Assembly: GCA_036172245.1 (NCBI GenBank) | Contig: JAYWIR010000021.1 | Location: 2,666,001 to 2,730,000 of the forward strand | Length of the DNA: 64,000 bases | Source of the DNA: Raillietiella orientalis | Taxonomy: Eukaryota | Direction of reading: 5' to 3' | Shown here: positions 54,405 through 64,000 of the stretch, piece by piece | Layout of the letters: each line of letters opens with the position of its first letter | Position numbering within the stretch: the first letter of the stretch is position 1 | Notes under the pieces: model-generated | What the model saw: only the letters and a program-made list of their open reading frames with translations | What the model was told of the DNA's origin: nothing | Databases searched by the model: none | Translations under genes and position numbers: made by a program

Positions 54405-54454
54405 GGTTTCTCCCCCCATCCAGTGCTGGGAAGCACTGGATGGGGGGAGAAACC
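54405..54454. repeat. Perfect 23-bp inverted repeat with 4-nt loop
   Basis: GGTTTCTCCCCCCATCCAGTGCT-GGGA-AGCACTGGATGGGGGGAGAAACC, read directly. Confidence 0.98.
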
Positions 54455-54459
54455 CCCTC

Positions 54460-56200
54460 GTATCACCACATGTCTCTGAGACAGAAATGAATAAGGGCTT
54501 TCCAGAGTTCGGGATAGGAGTCCTCTTAGACCAGTTTTTCCGCTGTGCTTTGAGAGAATGGGTCGCGTCGCATGTAGAGGTACCTGAAGACAGAGGAAGA
54601 CCTCCGGAAGCTCAATATTTCTTGATTAACAAGGGAACCATGGTTCTGGATAGAAGAGAGGACTACGGAAGCTTCTGCCACTTTCGAGTCTCTATCCACG
54701 AGAGACATAAACGTTTTGGAAGGCTGCAATGAAAGTTTGCAGCGAACCACACTGGAACTCGTGCGGAGCTTCTTCGTGGATTTTCTCTCCCTTCAAGTGG
54801 ACAACTTCTTAGGTTTGCGTTGCTCATCACGGAGCGAGTCTACGAGATTACCTCGGAAGGATCCGCGTTTAAGCAGCATCTGAACGCAAGATGCATTCGG
54901 CATCTGCTCTGTACCACACTCGCACCTCACGAAGAAATGAGAGCAAACCATCATGGAGAGTTCGGGCTCCAAATCGATCTCAGGGAAGCGAAAGTGAGTG
55001 AAACACTGATTTCCGGACGAAGATCCTAGGCACTTAAATGCTGATCAGGTGAATTGGAAATCATCCGAGGGACAAACATGCCGCTGGGCAGAATTTCTGC
55101 GAATGTCGTAAGCTACTCAAAAAGATCACTTCTCAGAGGTTCTTTCGGTGAAGTTTGCTGCATGGTTCTTTGAGCCAGGATCTCGGATCCCTTCAGGATG
55201 TTTCCTCAATTCAGAAAGACTAGGAGCTATGAAAGAGATAGCAATCGATGGTTTGCCCGAGAACCACCCACCCTGTCCAACTTTCCACGCAAGCAGCAAT
55301 GCCTGACCCTGGTTGGTTGAATCAAGGTCACGCAAAATCTGCTTTGCTTTCATATCGAATGGGCTGCAAAAAATTGCGCTTTTTTATGGCACCAAAGGGA
55401 TTAATCACGCTTCCACATTCAAGTACTCTCTTTGTGTATTTTGAGAGACTAGGAAGCCAGTTTCTTTATCTTGCAGTTTGCTGAGTTTCTGAGACGGCTA
55501 ATTATTCCGAGTCGGAGTGTCGAGGGATTCACCACAGGTGCTTTACACTGAAGTTTCCAGGACCAGAGGTTACCAAAGGTCGCTCTAAATGAAGAGAATA
55601 CTGAGCAAAGCGAAAAGTCTGCATCCTCTTGGAGACAGGAATTTTCGAACGGTCCCGCTGGAAGATGAGGATACCTCATGATACCGTGAACGTTCTGATG
55701 ATACTCTAATGGAACGCGAGAGGGTTTTGAGTCTTCTAAATTTCTCTCCTTGCGATCTTCGCGTGCATTTACCGGAGAGAGGTCAGCTTCGACGAGTAGA
55801 GTCCTCTATCGTTCTGAAACTTGAGATCAACTGAAAAAGGATCCCTTAATTCGAAAAAAAAAAAAAAATTGATACGAAAACCGATCGATGTGGTCAGTCA
55901 CCAAGAAAAGCTAAAGCGAATTCATGCGTTAGGTCAAGAAGCATATGGTTGCATCTTGGTCAAGCATATGGTCGTTCCTGGCAACGGCCGAATGTTCCCT
56001 TTTGTCGTTCACAGTTCAGGTGAGCAGCTTTCTTTCTCCTATTGCTGCTTAGCAAGAAATGAAAAAGTGGGGAATCATGCTCACAGAAAACAGAGGAAAG
56101 AGCGAAGAGTTCTTCGAGCAGATTCTTTGCCAAAAGCCTTGGAACAGAATGATTTGATTGCGACCTGCCAAAAAGGAAGGCGCCTTTATAATGGAAAGAA
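54460..56200 (+). mobile_element. Degraded LINE ORF2 (RT to 3' region)
   Basis: GFSLPSSG (~GFF.PSRG), IRHLLC (~ISHL.F), EFGLQIDLREAKV (~SGL.IN..KS.V), NMPLG, APKGL, LARNEKV (~W..RN..V). Confidence 0.5.
54661..54996 (+). repeat. Direct duplication, copy A (partner 59685-60024)
   Basis: About 10 substitutions plus one ~4-bp indel versus 59685-60024 (~96%). Weaker similarity extends ~85 bp upstream. Confidence 0.98.
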
Positions 56201-56499
56201 TAATACGAAAAGCAACAGTTTTCGTCTAGGTCCTTAGGAAACGGCCATGGACCGTTTAAAAGCGCAGTTACTCCGAAGGAAACATTCCCTTAGAGTAGGA
56301 AATCCGAGGATAACTTTTCTTCTCCACCCGCGGGTGTTCTTTTTCTGATGATACGAACCACACCGGAAAAGAGCAGCAGCGGAGATTTCATTATTCGCAG
56401 ATCATTCGCAAAGAGCCTCATTTTCGACTCACCCCCAGAGATCGAGTAGGTTGACTCCTCAATCATATCCAAATGCTGTTCCCATTGTGAGATTCGTAG

Positions 56500-57450
56500 A
56501 GAGGAGATTTTTTTTCCAGATTCGTCGGAGAAACAAGCGAAACCGATCCATCAAGCTTTCGCGATTTTCTCTGTGCGAAACTTTTTTTCGGGAGAAACCG
56601 AACCTGAAGAAGATGTTTGCGCAATCCACTTACTGGGGCCTCGACTACGGTACAAGCCATTACTCCGAAGGAGGAGAGGATGAGAACAGACGCGATCGGT
56701 AAATCAAGTCTTCGAAAAAGACCGATTGCAAAACGATCAAGCCTTCTCCGAAGATGCAGATGCTGCTCGGGAAAATCTGAGACTTCACATCAACGGATTC
56801 ATGCAGCTAATAAAGACATTGCGGTCTCATGAGAGCTCCGGAAGCACTGTGAGTTTCGAAAGATAAAATGAATTCTGAGCATCCCTGTTGCTTTCGTGGG
56901 GACTGCAGGAATTAGCCGTTAGCCATAGTTAGAGATTCCGAAGACACGATCTTCCTTTGTTTCTTCCGAAAAGGAGCATAAAGAAGTCGAAAGTGATATC
57001 GAACCACTTTTCTGTGAAATGGTAGGATGATTAGGGTCACTTTGCTCCTAATCCAAAAGAAGGAACTGGTGTCTCATTTCCCTAATGCCAGTGGGCATTT
57101 CACGTGTTGGGGACATCAGCAGAAGATCCGTTTCTGGGGAGGGAATTCTGACAGATAGCAAATCCTTGGGAGTTTCTCGAGAGCCTTCAGTCATCTGCAA
57201 AATACAGTGTCATAGAGGTGCGTGCACGATGCTCATGGATGATGGCCGGATAGGATAATTATTAAATTCTAATGGTCAGTCGTCCTATCTTTAGTGAAAA
57301 GAGGCACGCGTTGTGTTTTCAAAAACAACATTGCGACAGCCTTTTCTCTTTTCCATTAACTGGGAGAGAGCATGGAGGTCATTTAGGATTCTGTCAGCAG
57401 AGTTTGCAGTGCTCTTGTACCAGCCGCACTTCTTGGTCACCGATGGATGA
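56500..57450 (+). mobile_element. Probable degraded LINE RT fragment
   Basis: RNRSIKL (~YRPI.L), LDYGTSHY (~LD..KAY), KSLGV (~KYLGV, ~57165), REHGGHLG (~K..GGLG). Confidence 0.4.
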
Positions 57451-58449
57451 GTTAGCTCAGTTCCCCTGAAGACGAGCACTGAGCGAAGAAGGGCGTCGGA
57501 CTTTTCGATCGTGCTCGAACGAGTTTTCCGAACATCGATTGAAGTGTGCACAGACCGTTGGCAAATAAAACGCAGATGCTGTTGAGGAAAGTACATCAGA
57601 AGCAAAGGAGAATGGGAGTTTACTCCTAAACTCTGTTTTTTCTTCTAACTCGAGAGATCAACCAATGCGTTTTTATGAATACCAATGAGAAACAGCTGAC
57701 AAGGCGATTCCATTTCTAAAACCTTGATCCAGAATTCGTTTCGCCTTTGTCGTCTGGGAGACTTTCGCTCAGATGGTAAGAAGGGTGCGGCGTTCTGCTT
57801 CTGAATGAGACTGTCTTCTTGCAGGCATTCCTCTAACATGATGACTACTAAAGACTACGATTTCTAATCCCGTTCCTTACTGTGTGTGTTTTTTTTTCAT
57901 CCTCATTTCTCGTACGAAAGACCCAATTTAACGGCAGATCAACTTTTCTTTAATCCTTTGCACGCAGAAGTGAGGGAGGGACCTCAGATTGGATGGTAAT
58001 ACTTTTTGTGTGCTTTTTACCAACGATCCTCACTGGCCCTCATGGTCTATTGCTGCTGCTTCGGCACTTTTATTCATTGATGTTTTTGGCTCGTTCCCTC
58101 GCTACTCTCTCAGATTTTTTCAGCTCCCTACTAGCAGCCTGCCATGCTTTATGCTACTATCTCAGTCTGTTCCCCACACATTTTGCTCCTAATTTTAGTT
58201 TCTTCGTCGTTAGTGCTGTACGGTTGGAATCATTTTCGTCTGCCAAGTGGATTAAAAAGGTCCCTCAAGCTGCACTGAGATCTTCAGCTTTCTTTTTTGG
58301 TATCACTGAAGCTGTTTTCGTTGTTTATGAAACTTTAGGTGTTTGCAGTTTTCCTTTTGTCGTTTGCTTCCAAGTTTGAGACACCTGCAGCTTCTTTGCA
58401 TCTTCAAATTCTCCTCCAAATTGGAGGGAGCTCTTTTTTCCTTGGGGTA

Positions 58450-60890
58450 TCCTTGAATGGTATTGGAACTGGGCTTTAAGAATCCACAGATAGTGAAAGG
58501 TGCCATCTTCATTTCTGTATCCATCGAGCATAGAGCGAAAGTTGCTGTTCAGATTGAGGAAACACCCTCCAGGATCCCACGGACTGTCTATAAAATGTCC
58601 AGACAGCAGAGCAACCTCCAAGAAATGGATCTGTTAGAAACTGTCTCGATCTTAACTGTGATCCTCAAGGAGACCAGAGCATTTCTGTTCCATCTAAAGA
58701 ACACACTGCTGTCTCAGATACACTGAGGTCTATCTCTAAACTCTCTGCACACTTGAAGAAAACGGTTGAAAGGAGCCTTCCTGCGTTATCGATGACACGA
58801 TTCATAAGTTTCAGACTCCTCCCGTTGCGAGCTCAGGGAAAACAGAATCCACCTGCACCTTCCATATGACAACCTGGAAGAAATGATGACATGTTATTTA
58901 CGCTTGGGCTTTCAATAGCAGCGAGGAGATAACCGTAGGGAACTCTCTTCGGACCTTAAGCCGCCGCAGTCGGGTCTTTAGAAGATGCGAGGAAACTCCT
59001 CTTAACTAGTCCCTCAGGATTCGTGCAGTGAACTTCGAAGGATAGACGGGGATCAAACAAAAAGCAAGTTCTTCTCAGTGGAAAGGAGAAAAAGAAGGGG
59101 AGAGAGTGGGGAGCAAGAAGAGTTTTCATGCTCACTAGAGAAGCGCAGTCGCCTATCCGGAGGACCACCGGAATGGAGATAGGGGCTGCAAAGAGAAAAG
59201 GGGTAGCCCTTGCGAAAAGATGGTATTTCAGCGGAACAAATTCTTATTCGCTTCCAGGGTGACAGGGGCAGCGTAGCAGGAATGACGCCAACTGTACACA
59301 AGCTCTCCAAGCTCGGTTCACACCGAAGAAGGCATCAAAAGTGTTCAGTAGGCAATTAAGAAAGAAGAGGAAAACAGCAAAGAGCTTCCGTTTGGACGAA
59401 GAGGAAGATTTTCGACAGTTAGCGAGAGAGTGCAGCCTTGCGCGTGACTTGGCCGATTCCTTTCTAAGCAGTTGCTTCCTGTCGCTGTCCCCTAGGAACG
59501 AAGGTGAAATGTGCAAGTTCCTCCAAAGAACAGATGCTCGTCCATAGAGATCAGGTCTCTAATAAGCCCTGAAGTTGTCCCAAGATGGATGACGAGCAGA
59601 GGGAGTACCTGCAGGCAGCAGAAGGCTTCCAGAAGCTCAGTTCGCTTACTTAACAGGGAACCCATTGTTCTGTATGGAAGAGGGGACTACGGAAGCTTCT
59701 GCCACTTTCGAGTCTACGCTGATCCACGAGAGACATAAACGTTTTGGAAGGCTGCAATGAAAGTTTGCAGCGAACCACACTGGAATTCGTGCAGAGCTTC
59801 TTCGTGGATTTTCTCTCCCTTCAAGTGGACAACTTCTTAGGTTTGCGTTGCTCATCACGGAGCGAGTCCACGAGATTACCTCGGAAGAATCCGCGTTTAA
59901 GCAGCATCTGAACGCAGGATGCATTCGGCATCTGCTCTGTACCACACTCGCACCTCACGAAGAAGTGAGCGCAAACCATCATGGAGAGTTCGGGCTCCAA
60001 ATCAATCTCAGGGAAGGGAAAGTGGAAATTGAGAGAGAAGGTAAAGCAGAACGTCCTCTGACTCCTGTAAAAAGAAACCTTGGGCATGGAGTTCCTTGGG
60101 TGGAATGAAGACAGCGAAGGGAAAAGGTAAAGTGACAACTCTCTGCTGTACCAGAGGGAGGCTTCTCACGGAAGACAAAGATCGGAGGGTGAAGTCAAGC
60201 ATCTCAGAAAACGGAAACGTAGCAAATCGAAAGTGGAATGATGCGTAGGGGGACTCTCGCGCATTTCTTTGAAGAACCCGTGAGAAACCACCACCAGCCT
60301 TCGTGACGTTTCTTTGACGTCACCGCCTGTGAATTTCGAAGTCCGAGCGTCCGAAAGCTTTGAAGTTTCCAAGTGAACAGCTGGTCTGGGACCGTTGAGG
60401 TTGCAGTAACACCAAGGACGCAAGAAGAAGTAGCAGAGTGAGTGCGTTTCAAGTGCAGCGTTCCCCTTCCGTCTTTGGTGGCTTCGGGCCTCAGGGATTT
60501 TCGAGAACAATCGTTCGGATCGCAAGCGTTCATCCGGATGACGTGCCTGCAGTTCGAAATTCCGAGTAACAAGTAAAAGGCGACTACGTATCGCTGCAGT
60601 CGGGCAGAGTGTGGGCCAAGTGGTCCGGTGGCTGAGATGTCTCATGCTGCGCGATGATGGAGTATTCAAAGCATGATGAATCTGTCATCCGCGTGCTCGA
60701 ATCTCGCCTTTTGATAATTCGTCGGCAACTGGGCGTTAATTGCTCTGAGACACTTTCTCGCAAGCCAATCACATGTTGTCGCAGTGATGGGGTGCTCTGC
60801 TGGACACACCGTCAGGCATTCATTTTAATGCCTCCATCATCAGACAGTAACAGTGCCTTGATCTTGAAGATTTGAATCGCGTTCTCTTCG
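58450..60890 (+). mobile_element. Degraded LINE ORF2
   Basis: TDARP (~D.RPI), RT core shared with 54661-54996 including EFGLQINL, TPVKRNLGHGVP (~LPVKYLG.P), ASHGR (~LS..GR), LNRVLF (~RN.V.F). Confidence 0.55.
59685..60024 (+). repeat. Direct duplication, copy B (partner 54661-54996)
   Basis: Direct alignment. ORFs 54820-55029 and 59848-60108 share a near-identical N-terminal ~59 aa. Confidence 0.98.
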
Positions 60891-61244
60891 TCCCGGTTGG
60901 CTGACTTGGTTTGTGTGTTTGCTTTTCTGTTTTGAATTCCAAGATCATTGCACTGCTGGATCATTTGATTTTCCTGGCTCGAAATGCATTTTTCTGGTTG
61001 AATTCATTGAAACGAAGTCAGTTTCGCCGCGCAGATGAGACTCGCCGCTGCTAAAGAAGCTGGTTTACCCGTGATGCTGGAGATAACCGAGGGGAAAAAA
61101 CCGGTTTGGGGGCCTGCGTGCTCCGAGATGCCTTATCGGGCTCTCTGTGGTGCTTATTAAGATCATAAGGTACCTTATCGAGTTTAGTGTTTACTCTAAG
61201 AACTGAGTTTCCCATCTAAGAGTGAGAGATACGACCAGCGTTTC

Positions 61245-61290
61245 TTTTTTTTTTTTTTTTGTTGTTGTTGTTGTTGTTGTTGCTGTTGTT
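61245..61290 (+). repeat. T16 run followed by (GTT)~10 microsatellite
   Basis: T x16, (GTT)7, GCT, (GTT)2, read directly. Confidence 0.95.
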
Positions 61291-62082
61291 TGAAAACATA
61301 GTCCCTTATCACTCGGAGTGATAATGAACCCTACGTCATGGTATCTCTGGCTAGTCGAACCTGCAATGGGACATCGTCGCTTTCCGGGATGATGCGTTTC
61401 CCAGATCGCCGTATGATGACTTCATCCTGGTTCGCGCAGCATGCATTTTCGAGAAGCCCGGAACTTGCCCCCGGGAGGCCGCCGGCTGTACCGAACGGTC
61501 ATGGTTGGATTTGAACCGATGCCGCTGTGCAGCTGAACCGCCCAGGGTGACAAGAGAGGACTTTCGAAAGGAGCACTTACTTTAATTTCCAAGCCAAGAG
61601 AAGGTGGATCTGGCGCTCTCTCAAAGTGCGCACTAATAATTCGTCATCGCTTTTCAGAAACCCCGGTTGATGACGGCACGCGCTGTGAACTTCGAGATCC
61701 AGCACCTGACTTGGGGAGATCTTAATTTCTGACTCGAGATGATTTTTTTCGAGAAAAAGCATACATCTGTGTCGCAACCGGTCCTTTAGGAACCATCGCA
61801 TGATTACGGTGCACGTCGTCGATTTTTACATAATCCACTAAGAAGCATTCGTTATCTCCATCAGGCATGCGATTGACCATTGTGAAACATCCGCTGCGGT
61901 CCAATAGTAACAGCAATAAGGATGAGGAACGCACAATGAGGAATCCAAGGTTTGCTGTTGGGCTGTGGACGCAAACTGCGTTCGGCACAAAGAGAAACCT
62001 CGCGCTACACACACCGCTTGGATGCACGAGGACAGCCCCAGTAGGCAAGAATTCAGCATAAAAGAGTGAAAACGACGCCACC

Positions 62083-62385
62083 GTGAATGCACGTGTGTTC
62101 CTTTGTCAGTGGGATTTCACTGATTCCTGGGATTTGGATGGATCCGCGATTCTGTTTCGTTTCGCCTTCCACCAGCCGACGCACACGCTGCCTCATGTGA
62201 AAGCACGTTTTCTTTTGTCCGTGCTTCATAAATACCGTCGGGGAACGTGTTGTCGTTCCTCCCTGAAGGAAAAGGTGCACTTGACAGATCGATGCAATAA
62301 GCGTGTCCTACGGCGCAGTTCTGTCTTCAAACATGAAAATCACATCCTTGTTCTCGTGAGGTCCATCCTTGGGCACCGAGGCTGA
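62083..62385 (+). mobile_element. Possible LINE RT C-terminal fragment
   Basis: QPTHTL...FLLSV...EKVHL resembles P.Y.MS.F.LP..V...K.HL. Weak match. Confidence 0.3.
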
Positions 62386-63123
62386 GATCGAACCGGCATG
62401 CATTCTGGTTCCTTTTACTGTGTACAGAGGGCGGGCATCTGAGATGCAGCTTCCTTCCTTTTTTCTCTTTTTGGAAGGGGAGGGAGGGAGGGAGGGGTAT
62501 TTTGAATGCCTTTTAATGAAAGTGATGAAAATCCAATCAGAGGATCAAAGTGAAGGAAGACACACAGCATGCTGCTAGATCGCAAGATGCCTCACTGGTA
62601 AACTCCTGAATGCCAGTTGATGTCAGGCGAGCTGGAGCGTCTTTTTTATTCCTTTCTTTTTTCTCTTTTTCTTTTATTCCAGAAAGTAGAAGGTAATCTG
62701 TTGGGCAGAGCGAAAAGACCAAAATGGATGTCATGCTAGCCCGAGCCTTTTCCTCGGAAAATACCTGCTAATTGGCTGGCGGCGCGTTCCCTTCAGGCTG
62801 CAGTGAATCCCTCAGAACCGATAAACAACAGCAATAAACAATATCAATTGTTCGAGAGAAAGGGAACCTTTCTTCCTCCGCGTGCAACCTGAGCACATTA
62901 TCCTCAGTACCGTGAGACTGGTCCCTCACTGAGTCTGCGATCCGGAAACACATGCGAAAACAAACACAAGTTACGATGGCATGCCAATTACGGAAGCAAA
63001 AGCATCCGTGAAATCAGTGGAACAACAGGAGCGAAGAGGAACAAATTAGTGGTTTCTGAAAGCGATAAATTGTTCCTGCTCTGAAGCGGGCTTCAGAAGT
63101 TTCTGGTCCGCGCTGCTGGCTGT

Positions 63124-63474
63124 TTACGAGGTTAATTGCAGTCGGTGCAAGAACGATTTCGCTCGGTGACTCCAAAGGAGCTTTAAACTGGTCGTGGCTC
63201 GGCGTACCTCTTTGCAGGGACAGCGACGCTCCTGAAGGCGCGGCCCCGAGCTACGTGCATGATGATTTCGGGATGAGGGGAATTTCCATCTTGCCCGAAA
63301 GTCGTCGCCAAAGATGAGCGGCGATGCCTTTCGTCGGCGAAGCGCATCCAAGTGGTGCTCGAAGTGGCAGAAGCGATGCTGTTCGAACAGGGAAACCGAC
63401 AGAATAGGCAGTGGTCGTGGGTAAAAGCACGGAGCGAACGAACAGGTGTCCGTAGAGGAAAAGGGGAGCAACAA
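63124..63474 (-). mobile_element. Degraded LINE endonuclease fragment
   Basis: CFYPRP...LDALRRRKASPLIFGDDF (~VY..P...L..L....PW..GDF) and LLWSHR....HRLQ (~FTWSN....RLD). Confidence 0.55.
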
Positions 63475-64000
63475 TTAGTGGGTTAAGCGAAAATTCAATT
63501 TCTTTCTTCCGCAACCGCTCCTGCCCAGCCTCGATCCAACGGAACTCCGATGCATTTGAGTTACCCGATGCTAATGGACAGCCATAAAACTGAGACAATG
63601 GCTTTCAACCTTTCCTTTTTTCCACGTACTTGCTTTTCTTAGAAGCCACCACATCAAGTGGTGACGAGATCCTTGGGCCATCCTGGCACATCAGAGCCTT
63701 ACAAAAAAAAAAAAAAGCTGATTAAAAGCTGCCAGCCATCATTTTACTAGACCTGCGTCGGATACGCCCAGCACAGACACCACGAGTGCATCGGATCTCC
63801 TGGATCGTTTAGTTGACGATGGAGAGGAATAGCGGCGAGTTTTCTTCTTGGATAGCTTCCGCCAGTTGCTGGCTTCTCAACCAAATCAGTTCCTCGAAGA
63901 TATTTCAAAATAACTTCTGAACGACCGTCGTATAATGCAGGGGGAAAAGACGCTGGAGGGAGTCCATAACCGGCCTGCTGTCCAAGCTCACAAGCTCACC

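Noticed and set aside
54661..60024. Direct pair as LTRs of a 5.4-kb retroelement
   Set aside because: No TG...CA ends, PBS, PPT or TSD seen; the repeats encode LINE RT remnants and fade gradually on the 5' side.
61245..61355. (GTT)n as an RTE-LINE tail, or hairpin + CTAG as a Helitron 3' end
   Set aside because: No RTE-like upstream sequence recognised, and the hairpin is ~26 nt from CTAG, longer than the usual Helitron spacing.
1..64000. CRISPR array, rRNA/tRNA genes or a prokaryotic/viral defence system
   Set aside because: No regularly spaced repeats, no recognisable structural RNA motifs, no gene-dense architecture.

Overview
Eukaryotic, gene-poor DNA of roughly balanced GC by eye, with no convincing intact protein-coding gene, RNA gene, CRISPR array or prokaryotic operon. 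The longest ORFs (up to 263 aa) are chance open frames. Reading across stops and frameshifts, most of the window is a mosaic of about 20 heavily degraded, deletion-shrunken retrotransposon relics on both strands. Nearly all are plant-type L1-clade LINE pieces, showing ORF1 DUF4283/zinc-knuckle, AP endonuclease, RT, zf-RVT and RNase H motif ghosts. There is also one Ty1/copia gag-pol relic (~51.1-53.5 kb, minus). This domain set suggests a land-plant host (inference). Against this decayed background, several structures are unusually well preserved: a ~560-bp inverted pair (26828-27387 / 36729-37289) and a ~340-bp direct pair (54661-54996 / 59685-60024), each ~96% identical and lying in the RT core of otherwise diverged LINE relics (candidate ectopic gene-conversion tracts); a 36-bp-arm fold-back (15895-16135; candidate hairpin RNA or MITE); and a perfect 23-bp hairpin (54405-54454). 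I found no support for a novel protein-coding system. TE calls are by-eye motif matches with approximate boundaries and need profile-HMM confirmation.
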